Positions 9,101 to 17,080 of a DNA stretch of 64,000 nt are shown piece after piece. The stretch is from Candidatus Hydrogenedentales bacterium. Its GTDB lineage: Bacteria; Hydrogenedentota; Hydrogenedentia; Hydrogenedentales; JAEUWI01. Position 1 is the stretch's first letter. Every line of letters begins with the position of its first letter. Below the pieces are notes generated by a model. That model was not told the DNA's origin, did no database searches, and worked only from the letters and a program-made list of their open reading frames with translations. The stretch lies in contig OW818658.1 of the NCBI GenBank assembly GCA_942492815.1, forward strand, positions 3,862,059-3,926,058, read 5' to 3'. The translations under genes were made by a program, and so were the position numbers.

Positions 9101-10189
9101 GATAAAACCGGCCTTGGTCAGTGTGTGAGATTTTCCGGAGGAAGTGGTCACGGTGAGGGAGACGTCGTAGACGCCGTCGCTGGCGTAGCGGTGACTGGGG
9201 CTGGGCAGGGTGCTGCTCGTGCTGTCGCCAAAGTCCCAGAGCCATTCGGTGATGACGTCGGAACCGCCGGACGAGAGGTCGGTGAAATTGACGTTCAACG
9301 GTGCGGGCCCGGAGGTCGGGGAAGCGCTGAAATTCGCCTTGGGGAGTTCCTCGACCTCGATAAAGTTCAACTGGGAGGCGATGGGGCTCTGGCCCACGGC
9401 GGTGGTGACGGAAAGAGACACAGTATAGGCGCCGGCAGCCGTGTAGGTGTGCTGGGGGTTCTGGCGGGTATCGGAGGTGCCATCGCCAAAATCCCAGAAC
9501 CACTGGGTGATGGGCGAGGAGCCCGGATCGGAGGTATCGGTGAACTGCACGGCCAGGGGCGAGGCTCCCGCGCGTGGCGAGGCCGTAAAGGAGGCGGTGG
9601 CCCGTTCCTGCACGTTGATCAAATTGGCTTTGGTTTCCGTGTTGTCGCCGATTGCGGTGGTGACCTTGAGTTTCACGGTGTAGGTGCCGGGGTCTTCGTA
9701 GATGTGAACGGGGTTAACATCTTCACTGGTATTGCCGTCTCCGAAGTCCCACTCGTAGAGCGTAATCGGTGCGGCGCCCGCGATGGAGGCGTCGGTAAAG
9801 GTGACTTGGAGGGGGCCTTCGCCCGCCTGGGGCGAGGCGGTGAAATCGGCGTCGGGCAGTTTTCGAACGGTGATATAGTCGATCTTGGTCTCGGTATCGT
9901 TGCCGAGGCGGCTCGTGACCGTGAGAGTAACGCGGTAGACTCCGGGCGCGCTGTAGACGTGGCTTGGATTCTGGGCGGTGCTGCTGAGTCCGTCGCCGAA
10001 ATCCCAGAGCCAGTTGGTGAGGTCGGTGGAACCGGGCTGGGACTGATCGACGAAGAGAACCGTAAGGGGTGCGTTACCTTCGGTCGGGGTCGCCGTGAAC
10101 GCGGATTCGGGGCTCTCGAAGAGCGGACAGCCCATCAGCGTCACGGACAGGGCCAGACAAATAACCCCGGCTACCAGTTTCTCACGCAT
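6185..10189 (-). CDS. large surface lipoprotein with about 14 tandem PKD domains and a C-terminal SBBP-type beta-propeller
   Basis: Lipoprotein signal MREKLVAGVICLALSVTLMGC. Repeated PKD signature WDFGDG(T/S)xS...NPxHxY...PGxYxVxLTVT about every 90 aa. C-terminal FGGxGDDxAxAV...DGGxVxxG repeats typical of SBBP beta-propeller blades. Confidence 0.8.
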   Translation of the reverse strand: MREKLVAGVICLALSVTLMGCPLFESPESAFTATPTEGNAPLTVLFVDQSQPGSTDLTNWLWDFGDGLSSTAQNPSHVYSAPGVYRVTLTVTSRLGNDTETKIDYITVRKLPDADFTASPQAGEGPLQVTFTDASIAGAAPITLYEWDFGDGNTSEDVNPVHIYEDPGTYTVKLKVTTAIGDNTETKANLINVQERATASFTASPRAGASPLAVQFTDTSDPGSSPITQWFWDFGDGTSDTRQNPQHTYTAAGAYTVSLSVTTAVGQSPIASQLNFIEVEELPKANFSASPTSGPAPLNVNFTDLSSGGSDVITEWLWDFGDSTSSTLPSPSHRYASDGVYDVSLTVTTSSGKSHTLTKAGFITAQQSPDAAFSATPRNGEAPLTVQFTDLSDPGSAPITSWQWDFGDGSTSVDRNPFHSYTRPGRYTVTLGVSTAVGSDTATQVNYITVEQKPVAAFTATPTSGAAPLTVVFADQSTPGSSEITTWAWDFGDGTSSSQQNPSKTYNQPGVYTVKLTVTSAAGTGTITRANHITVRQLPSTDFTSNVTTGSAPLTVLFADESTSGSEALTGWQWDFGDGTTSGLQNPSKVYATPGIYTVSLTASSSVGSDTETKSAYLTVRPAVNFTASPTTGAGSLSVSFVDTTPVGSLNVTSRSWNFGDGSAASTEASPVHIYSEPGIYDVTLTLQTSLDGQTDARTKAGLIIVRPQPAFSANVVQGDGTLQVNFTDETELGSLDAIGVLWNFGDGTTSQTANPSHTYTEPGTYTVTLTVTTAAGSQTATQSNLIVVRPIPAFSANLTSGPPPLTTAFTNLTDLGGLTITGRLWDFGDGTTSEAASPIHAYTDPGNYDVTLTLTTSQGVVTTTVADYIQVAPVVAFTTDVSSGAAPLSVQFTDATDPGSLTITGYSWDFGDGTAASTDQNPFHTYTTGGSFDVSLTVTTAQGNRTFVDQDAIVATPIIKIVASVVDGKSDENGAVSFVDATDVGEATVLGRVWNFGDGSEASAEDSPVHAYDTPGAYDVGLDLLTSLGPLSGTVERLVEVPPAPTFTVDQSEGTAPLKVSFTDTTAMGTLSLVGRTWNYDDGTSDSTGSHTYEAPGTYDVTLQIATELGSARSSAITINVGINPLTAWFDGRESDTGHAWIPVPGGYMLVGTADTGGENGLDVILVATDAEAKALPGWPRYFGGAGDQQGLGLAATRDGGYVIVGESSVGDGPDSSALLLKVDGVGELLWAREFGGTGDDRANAVVELRGNGLALAGASSSPGSHGGFDALVLTTDALGENEILTWHGGPHDDEAVDIDESPDGSLVLTVDDISETEGRDYLLRLNPDLSVP

Positions 10190-10613
10190 TACCTTCCCTT
10201 TCGGAATTCAGGGCCCGGCCTGTGGCCCTCAGTCGTTGTACTGCAACGTGTTTCACTCGCCTGGCCCGGCCGTTCGCACACCCGCTCTCGCATCGGGTAC
10301 GGGACCGCGCGCCCATGGGAATCGGCTGCTGAATTGGCCCGCCGTGGGGGCCGGGGCGCACCGGCTCAGGGGAACCTTATCTTGTCACCAGCATGCTTGT
10401 CAACCGCAATCCTGCGGGTGGTTTACGCGGTGAATCGCGCGACTTTATCACCGGCGAAGTCTTTGCAATTCAACAGGCAACCCTGTATCTTAATCCATGG
10501 TTTGAACGGTTCGGGAAGCAAGCTGGGCGGGTGTTGCCAGCGACGATCTCAACCCTTCACCCCGGGCGCGGCGGCATGCGCGCACTTTCGATGCAGGGAC
10601 CCAGGAATACAGA

Positions 10614-11630
10614 ATGGTGCGTACAATTCGAAGAGCCGGTTGCGGGCTGTTGATTGCCCTTTGCTGCTGTCAGTGTGGCCGGGCTCCAGAGCCCGGTAAG
10701 ACAGCAGCCACCCTGCCTGAGGACGCACCCGCCGCAGCAGCACACACCGAACCCATTCTCCCCATTCCCGCGCCCCCCGATGTCGCGCCGGAGAAGCTGG
10801 AGCTGGGCAAGCAGCTTTTCCACGAGACGGCGCTTTCGGGCGCGTCGCGCAAGGTGAGTTGCGCCACGTGCCATGATCTGGAAAAGGGCGGCACGACGGG
10901 CAAGCCGCCCGCCGTGACCGGCGAGGCCGAGCCTTATGATATCCCTACGGTATTTAACGCCGCCCACCAGTTTGCTCATTTCTGGAATGGCCGCGCCCAA
11001 AGCCTGGAAGCGGTGATACAGGCGTCGATTCGGGCGGAGAATGTCATGGACGGATCGTGGGACGAGATCATTCCTGCGCTCGCGGAAAACCCGGACTACG
11101 TCGCCCGCTTTGAGCGAGTTTACCCGGAAGCTGGCCTTACGGAGTCGTCCGTTGAGGACGCCCTGACGAGTTACGTGCGCAGTCTGTCCACACCCAATTC
11201 CGCCTTTGACCGCTGGCTCGCGGGGGGCGAATTGACTGAGGAAGCCCGAGAAGGCTATGAACGCTTCAAGGAACTGGGGTGCGTCCGGTGCCATCAGGGC
11301 GCCGGGGTCGGCGGCAATCTCTTTGCGTCGTTCGGCTCGTATCTTGCAGCCCGGGAGCGCGTCAGCAACAGCGATCTCGGCCGATTCAATGTGACGAATG
11401 ACGAATCCCACCGCTATCAGTTTAAAGTTCCCGGTCTCCGCAATGTCGTGCTGACGGCACCCTATTTTCATGACGGTTCCGCCGCAAAATTGGAGGATGC
11501 GGTCCGCGCGATGGCCCAACATCAACTCGGGAAGACTCTTTCCGATGAAGAGGTGCGGTCGCTCGTTTCATTTCTGGAAACGTTGACCGGAAGCGCGCTC
11601 CTCGGTGCGACTGGGGGGACCCAGCCATGA
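10614..11630 (+). CDS. di-heme cytochrome c peroxidase (CCP/MauG family)
   Basis: Two heme-binding CxxCH motifs (CATCH and CVRCH) and the conserved PGLRNVVLTAPYFHDGS block. N-terminal signal/lipoprotein-like sequence. Confidence 0.85.
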   Translation: MVRTIRRAGCGLLIALCCCQCGRAPEPGKTAATLPEDAPAAAAHTEPILPIPAPPDVAPEKLELGKQLFHETALSGASRKVSCATCHDLEKGGTTGKPPAVTGEAEPYDIPTVFNAAHQFAHFWNGRAQSLEAVIQASIRAENVMDGSWDEIIPALAENPDYVARFERVYPEAGLTESSVEDALTSYVRSLSTPNSAFDRWLAGGELTEEAREGYERFKELGCVRCHQGAGVGGNLFASFGSYLAARERVSNSDLGRFNVTNDESHRYQFKVPGLRNVVLTAPYFHDGSAAKLEDAVRAMAQHQLGKTLSDEEVRSLVSFLETLTGSALLGATGGTQP

Positions 11631-12943
11631 AACGTCGACTCAGTCTTTATTACGGCGCGCTCCTCGTACTCCTGGGACTGACGCTGGGGGTCGTGGGCTT
11701 TGGCCTGGCGACCACGGCCCGGCCCTCGGGCCACGCCTACGAACAGGCTCTCCTCGATTTTGTCGATGCCGAACGAATCATGGACGCTGAACTGAGAAAG
11801 CTTGAGATTGGCGCGGGGAATCACTTCGACGGGCTCAAGGAAGCGGTACTCGCGGTGCGACGGGCGGAAGTGCCGTTGAGCACGATCCCCCGCTATCTCA
11901 GTTCCGCGGCCGCCTTCAACGAAGCCCGGCTGCAACTTGCCGTCATGGTTAACGAGCGGCTTGCACTGGTGGAGGAATTCAAGACCGGCCTCTCCGCCCT
12001 GCAGGTCAGTCTGGACGCGCTTCCAGAGAAGATCGAGGCGGCGCAACAGGAGCGTGTCGATGCGGGAAACTCCGGCGATATGCTGCTGGCGCGCGCGGCG
12101 GGGAATCTGGCGCGGCTGGTCAGTCACCCCGGTGACACAGTGGACGCTCAGCTTTCCAGCGAACTTTCCGCCCTCGCGGCGGAAGCGGGCGAGGAAGTGA
12201 ACGCGTCGTTCAAGCCCGGTCTGGCGGCCTTCGTGAAGCAGGGCGAAACGATTCGCGCGCGAAATAAAGCCCTGGATGAAATACTTGTCAAGCTGGCGGC
12301 GGCGCCCCTCTCCGGACATGCGGTCGATCTGGTCGAACTTTACGAGGCGGTCGAACTCAAGCACCGACAGCGCACGGCCTATATCCTGGGCGGTGTAACG
12401 GTCGTGCTGGTGCTGGGCCTGGCGGCCCTCTTCTTTGCCGGGCTGCGTCGCGCTCAGGTGCGGTTGGACAGTGCTCTGGCGGATCAGGCCGCTCTAAAGA
12501 GCGCGCTCAAAGAGGCGAAGGCACAGTCTGAAACGGTCAAGCGTGGTGAACGAGAACAATCGGCGCTGCTGGCGGAAGAACGGCATAACGCCCTTGTCCT
12601 CCATGCGTTTGACCTGATGGCCATTCTCTCGCGCCAGGAAAATTACATCCACGTGTCCCCCGCCTGTGAGGCCTTTTTCGGGCTGACCGATAAGGAGATG
12701 ATCGGCAAGAGCGTTTACGAGGGCATCCATGCCGACGATATCATCAAAGTTCAGGATTATCTGGCCCGCGCACAACGCGAGCTTCCCACAGAGCAGACGA
12801 TCCAGTACCGCGTGATGGACGCCTTCGGCAAGTGGCACCTCGTGGAGACCTTTGCTTCGAACCAGGCGAGTAATCCGGCGGTCCGGGGCATGGTGCTCAA
12901 CACGCGGCGTCTGGGCATGGCGCCCGATTCGAAGGCGCGGTGA
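11627..12943 (+). CDS. membrane sensor protein: two transmembrane helices flanking a periplasmic domain, then a cytoplasmic PAS domain; no kinase or other output domain
   Basis: TM1 LSLYYGALLVLLGLTLGVVGF and TM2 AYILGGVTVVLVLGLAALFFAGL. C-terminal PAS-like region (LHAFDLMAILSRQENYIHVSPACEAFFGLTDKEMIGKSVYEGIHADD...). Its ATG overlaps the CCP stop (ATGA), implying translational coupling. Confidence 0.65.
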   Translation: MKRRLSLYYGALLVLLGLTLGVVGFGLATTARPSGHAYEQALLDFVDAERIMDAELRKLEIGAGNHFDGLKEAVLAVRRAEVPLSTIPRYLSSAAAFNEARLQLAVMVNERLALVEEFKTGLSALQVSLDALPEKIEAAQQERVDAGNSGDMLLARAAGNLARLVSHPGDTVDAQLSSELSALAAEAGEEVNASFKPGLAAFVKQGETIRARNKALDEILVKLAAAPLSGHAVDLVELYEAVELKHRQRTAYILGGVTVVLVLGLAALFFAGLRRAQVRLDSALADQAALKSALKEAKAQSETVKRGEREQSALLAEERHNALVLHAFDLMAILSRQENYIHVSPACEAFFGLTDKEMIGKSVYEGIHADDIIKVQDYLARAQRELPTEQTIQYRVMDAFGKWHLVETFASNQASNPAVRGMVLNTRRLGMAPDSKAR

Positions 12944-12974
12944 TGGTGCGCGACGCAATGAGGAAGGTTTTGAC

Positions 12975-13643
12975 ATGAGTAATTCGGGCGATCCGTCCAA
13001 GCCCGTGGGCACGGGCAGCTATGTGGTCAAAGAAGACGACTGCATGTCGTCCATCGCCGAGGCCACGGGCCATTTCTGGCAGACCATCTGGGATGATCCG
13101 GCCAATGCAACGCTGAAGGAGATCAGGAAGGATCCGAACGTGCTGCTGCCCGGCGACAAGGTGACGGTCAAGCCGATCACGAAGAAGACGGTATCGAAGG
13201 CGACGAACGCGAGTTACCGCTTCCGCCGGAAGGGCGTCCCCGCCAAGCTGCATCTGCGACTCTTGAAGTATGGCGAGCCCCGGGCGAACGAGTCGTACCG
13301 TGTGGATATCGACGGCAAGCTCTCGAAGGGCGTGACCGACGGCCAGGGCTACGTGGACCTCTACATTCCGTGCAACGCGAAGAAGGGAAAGCTCTGGGTG
13401 GGCCCCCCCGAAGACGAGAAGATGTACACGCTCCAGCTCGGCCACACCCTGCCCGTGGCGACCGTCAAGGGTGTCAAGCAGCGCCTCCGAAATATTGGCA
13501 TGTATGGCGGGCTCATCGACGACGAACTAACCCTGGCCTACAAGGATGCCGTGCGCGCATTTCAGAAAGAAAACGCGCTCCCGGAAACGGGCGAGACCGA
13601 CGAAGCGACGCGCCAAAAACTGGTTGAAGTCCACCGTTCTTAA
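12975..13643 (+). CDS. LysM-like (phage tail protein X-like) N-terminal domain plus C-terminal peptidoglycan-binding (PG_binding_1-like) domain protein
   Basis: N-terminus YVVKEDDCMSSIAEATGHFWQTIWDDPANATLKEIRKDPNVLLPGDKVTV is a LysM/gpX-like fold. C-terminus LRNIGMYGGLIDDELTLAYKDAVRAFQKENALPETGETDEATRQKL matches the peptidoglycan-binding helical repeat. Shine-Dalgarno aggaagg lies 8 nt upstream of the ATG at 12975. Confidence 0.7.
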   Translation: MSNSGDPSKPVGTGSYVVKEDDCMSSIAEATGHFWQTIWDDPANATLKEIRKDPNVLLPGDKVTVKPITKKTVSKATNASYRFRRKGVPAKLHLRLLKYGEPRANESYRVDIDGKLSKGVTDGQGYVDLYIPCNAKKGKLWVGPPEDEKMYTLQLGHTLPVATVKGVKQRLRNIGMYGGLIDDELTLAYKDAVRAFQKENALPETGETDEATRQKLVEVHRS

Positions 13644-13654
13644 CGAATTTTTAA

Positions 13655-13800
13655 CCACGAATGGACTTAGCGCAGCCGCTGGCCGCAACCGAAAGAGTTG
13701 AACCGCAAATTTACGCAAATTCTCGCAAATTGAATGGGAAGAGAACGAAAGAGATTTGGACCGCGAATGAACGCGAATGGACGCGAATATCCTGTTACTC
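13655..13800. repeat. small repetitive element, intact paralog of the sequence interrupted by the ISL3 insertion at 2.8/4.2 kb
   Basis: ggccgcaaccgaaagagttgaaccgcaaatttacgcaaattctcgcaaattgaatgggaagagaacgaaagagatttggaccgcgaatgaacgcgaat aligns to 2790-2842 plus 4180-4225 once one TSD copy and the IS are removed. Confidence 0.5.
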
Positions 13801-13859
13801 TGGACGAACACGCATGGGCCATCCTTCAGCGTATTGAACGCGTTCGCTTCGTAAATTGC

Positions 13860-14110
13860 TTCATGGCATGTGGTTATAAGCATATTGGAAAAATAAACTT
13901 GCCAAAAGACTAGATACTGACGGATAGTAGTACGAAACTACATAAATAAACAAATCGGTATTTACCTTATGATATCGGCTACTTCGTAAGCCCGCAGCTT
14001 GGATTTCAAGAAACAAGAAGGGGGGTAGACTTCAAAGAGCTCAAAGCGCTCCAACGTGGACTTATTATCGTTCTATTTGAGTCCTTTGAGGTTAAATGTT
14101 TTTCTTGTTT
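13860..14110. other. AT-rich island (far below the local GC content) in the intergenic region upstream of the amidohydrolase-fold gene
   Basis: Sequence such as tggttataagcatattggaaaaataaacttgccaaaagactagatactgacggatagtagtacgaaactacataaataaacaaatcgg is strikingly AT-rich in a ~65% GC context. Likely promoter/regulatory or foreign-origin DNA. Confidence 0.5.
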
Positions 14111-14241
14111 TCCTATTCGTGTGAATTCGTATCCATTCGTGGTCTGTTCTTTTGTTGTAGCCAACATGCACCGTAACTTTCCCGAAAGTGCCGAAAAAGT
14201 ATCCTCAAACCAGATGAACCAAAAAGGCAGAGAGACTCACG

Positions 14242-16380
14242 ATGGATAGCGGCCCCAACAGCCCGAACACCGACACCGGAACGCCCCCGTCAACACTCGA
14301 GGAAGCCGAGGAACTCGTCAATTTGACGGTTCCCGAAGATCCCGAAGAGCTTTTTGAAGAGATACTCGTCGATGGAACGCTGGACATCGATACTGTCCGG
14401 CGCGATGACAGTACCGTCGATCCGACCGGCGAGGGCACAACCCAATCCGTGGCGCGGGCGACGAGCGACGGAAGCAAGACGGCGTCCACGTTGGACGAGC
14501 CGTTGCCGAAGCTCCCTGTTGTGGATATCCACTGCCACATTCACGGCGTGAGTCTTTCCAAGACGAAGTCGGCCTTGAAGGACTTCAAGCAGCACGGCCT
14601 GTTTCACGGCAACGATCTGAAGACGCCGAAAAAACGCGAAGCATTCCAGAAATCGCTGAACGAGTATTACGAGAAGAAGGAAGAAAAATACAAGTCGCGG
14701 CTCAATCCGGCGCTGCAACTGGGGCACTGGAATTTCCTCGACGACCCGTGGGTCGCCAAGAAGATCATCACCAGCACGCAGAGCTTTCAGGACGCCACGG
14801 AGCGGCAGGACATCGGCAACCCGATTATCATCACGCCGATGTTGCTGGATTTCGGCTACACGCCCCTGGGCACCTCGGTCGCCAGCAAGGCGGCCAAGGT
14901 CAAGGGCTCGGGCGACAGCATGAACGAGACGAAGGCGCGCCAGGAGGAACTGGCGGATACGGGGATCTATTACTTCTCCAAATCGGCAAAGACGCAGCGC
15001 GACCACCGTTTCTTCACGCGGGACGATTCCATGTTCCGCCATCAGGTCGAGATTCTCCATATGATGGCGACGCTCTGGCCCGGCCAGATCATGCCCTTCT
15101 GCCCCTATGACCCGCGGCGGCCCAATTGTCTTGACGTGGTGAAGGCGGCCATGGATACGCAGGCCTATGTGGGCGTTAAGCTCTATGCTCGCTGCGGGTG
15201 GATGCCCGCGAACAACGCGGCGCTTCACGGCACGGCGGTCGGCAAGATCCTTGATGATCGGCTGGATGAGTTATACGCCTACGTGACGGCCAACGACATT
15301 CCGATTCTTAACCACACAAGCCCAACGGGGCATCCGCCGGAGGGTGCCCTGGTATTCCCCTGGCGCATGACGGCGGAGGCCACCGCCGATGATCGCGCGC
15401 CCGCGTCATCCGCCGCGCCTTCGAGTTATCCCCCGAGCAACTGGACCCAGCCGGATATGTTCGTAAAGGGCCGATCAAAGAAAGAGCGGTCCCTGGAGAA
15501 GATGAACTTTGAGCTGACGGGCTTTGGCTATTACTGCCTCTACGATCAGTTGACCACCTCGCCCTATAGTTGGGAGCCCGTACTGAAGAAATATCCCAAG
15601 CTCCGTCTCTGCTTCGCCCACTTCGGTTCCAAGCTGGGCGCCTATGTCCGCTACAACTTGAAGACCGGCGCCGCCGTGGCGGATTGCGACCTGCTGCTGC
15701 AAAAGAACCCCATGATATCCGGGGCCACAGGAGATCGCAGTTTCAAAGATTATTTCATGATGGGCGCAATCCGGAATCGCTACGACAAGAAAATAAAAGA
15801 CGACTTTGCGCAGGAGTCGGCGGAGAAATTGCTCGCGCCCGCGACGGAGTGGGACGACTGGCTGAACAAGTGGGCCGCGGCCTATCCCGATGATTGGAGC
15901 ACGCGGATCACGAAGCTGGTCACGGACTACGAGAATGTGTATACCGACATCTCGTTTATCACGGGGAACAGCTCGTCATTCAACGATATCGTGGGGCCGA
16001 TCTTTCAGGATGCGCTCGAACAGCGGAAGGGCGCGGGCAGACTCTTTGACAAGTGTATGATCGGCACGGACTGGTACATGACGGAAATGGCAAGCCTCAG
16101 TCCCGGCGGCTTCTGGCGGCTGGTGGAGAAGGCCTGCAAGATGGACAAAGCAACCTTCAGCCAGCTTCCCGAGCCGGAACGCGTCAAGCGCGCCAAGGTA
16201 TGGGATCTGTGGGCGACGAAGAATGCCCTCCGGTACTTGAACGTGAAGCCCCGTCTCGGCGGCACCGGCATGGACAAGCTGGTGAATGCCTACGGCTGCA
16301 CGGTTGACAAATTACCCCCCTGGTGGAAGACGCTGGAGAAATTCTACGACAAGCCCGAGAAGATCGAGCCGCCGAAGTGA
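14242..16380 (+). CDS. amidohydrolase-2 (TIM-barrel metal-dependent hydrolase) superfamily protein with about 100-aa acidic disordered N-terminal extension
   Basis: N-terminal metal ligands VVDIHCHIHG (HxH), later LNHTSP, CFAHFG (H-x-G) and MIGTDWYM (Asp of the GxDxP block). Acidic low-complexity N-terminus (EEAEELVNLTVPEDPEELFEEILVDG...). No signal peptide. Convergent with the T6SS operon. Confidence 0.7.
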   Translation: MDSGPNSPNTDTGTPPSTLEEAEELVNLTVPEDPEELFEEILVDGTLDIDTVRRDDSTVDPTGEGTTQSVARATSDGSKTASTLDEPLPKLPVVDIHCHIHGVSLSKTKSALKDFKQHGLFHGNDLKTPKKREAFQKSLNEYYEKKEEKYKSRLNPALQLGHWNFLDDPWVAKKIITSTQSFQDATERQDIGNPIIITPMLLDFGYTPLGTSVASKAAKVKGSGDSMNETKARQEELADTGIYYFSKSAKTQRDHRFFTRDDSMFRHQVEILHMMATLWPGQIMPFCPYDPRRPNCLDVVKAAMDTQAYVGVKLYARCGWMPANNAALHGTAVGKILDDRLDELYAYVTANDIPILNHTSPTGHPPEGALVFPWRMTAEATADDRAPASSAAPSSYPPSNWTQPDMFVKGRSKKERSLEKMNFELTGFGYYCLYDQLTTSPYSWEPVLKKYPKLRLCFAHFGSKLGAYVRYNLKTGAAVADCDLLLQKNPMISGATGDRSFKDYFMMGAIRNRYDKKIKDDFAQESAEKLLAPATEWDDWLNKWAAAYPDDWSTRITKLVTDYENVYTDISFITGNSSSFNDIVGPIFQDALEQRKGAGRLFDKCMIGTDWYMTEMASLSPGGFWRLVEKACKMDKATFSQLPEPERVKRAKVWDLWATKNALRYLNVKPRLGGTGMDKLVNAYGCTVDKLPPWWKTLEKFYDKPEKIEPPK

Positions 16381-16547
16381 CAAGGGACGGGACCGTCTTG
16401 GATGGGTGGTGCCTCAGGATGGTGAACGAGGCCACGGGACCTTTACGATCACTCCGGCATAGAAAACACACTACGCGTTCGGGACCGTCCCGCGTTTAAA
16501 AAGCGTGGGACAGTCCTGTATTCAGGCCCCCTCCATACGTAGCTTAC

Positions 16548-16720
16548 ACCCTTGGTTTCTGGTGGCACTTCCTTATTCAGAATACGCTTTGTCGGACAGT
16601 CCCATTGAAATGCGTGGGACAGTCCTATGCTCAGACCCTCATCATCCGTGGATTGCCCCCCTTATTTCTGATGGCCCTTGTTATTCAGCGTATACGTTGT
16701 CGGACAGTCCCATCGGTTAT
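16548..16720. repeat. imperfect tandem duplication (about 115-bp unit) plus dispersed GGGACAGTCC motifs between convergent genes
   Basis: ttattcagaatacgctttgtcggacagtcccat and ttattcagcgtatacgttgtcggacagtcccat about 115 bp apart. gcgtgggacagtcct occurs at 16502 and 16611. gggaccgtc at 16386 and 16481. Confidence 0.5.
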
Positions 16721-17055
16721 ATTCTCGGTGTCGTCTGGACGGTGGATTGGGCCGTGATCTGACCGAGATCAGCGAGGGACTCGACGGGTTTCCAGGGGTC
16801 TTCCGTGTGCGTGGTGGCGCGCTGGTCGCGGACGTGGAGCTTGCCCGCGTCGTCCACCATGAAGAGTAAATCTTCGATTCGGATGGTCTTGTCGGCGCCG
16901 CAGAGGCCAATGGAGGCCGCCTCGAAGGTGTCCAGTTCCTCGTCCTTCACACCGAATCGCTCGTGAAGTATCTGGCGCGTCGTGCGGATTTTCTCCGCCA
17001 GGATTTCCTCCTGACGGGCCTCAAAGGCCTCCCTGGCCCGCTGTCTTAGGCCCAT
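16717..17055 (-). CDS. hypothetical protein (112 aa), last gene of the T6SS minus-strand operon
   Basis: ATG at 17055-17053 with Shine-Dalgarno AAAGGAATC 8 nt upstream. Protein MGLRQRAREAFEARQEEILAEKIRTTRQILHERFGVKDEELDTFEAASIGLCGADK... has no recognised domain. The longer ORF 16717..17304 is an in-frame upstream extension without support. Confidence 0.4.
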   Translation of the reverse strand: MGLRQRAREAFEARQEEILAEKIRTTRQILHERFGVKDEELDTFEAASIGLCGADKTIRIEDLLFMVDDAGKLHVRDQRATTHTEDPWKPVESLADLGQITAQSTVQTTPRI

Positions 17056-17080
17056 GGCGATGATTCCTTTCTGAGCAGAT

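Noticed and set aside
7157-10699. 1180-aa + strand ORF
   Set aside because: Antisense to the PKD-repeat lipoprotein gene. Arg/Gly-rich low-complexity translation, and it would overlap the well-supported CCP gene start.
16380-16760. Possible CRISPR array suggested by repeated GGGACAGTCC-containing units
   Set aside because: Repeat units are imperfect and irregularly spaced (about 115-bp tandem duplication plus scattered decamers). No uniform repeat-spacer periodicity and no cas genes in the window.
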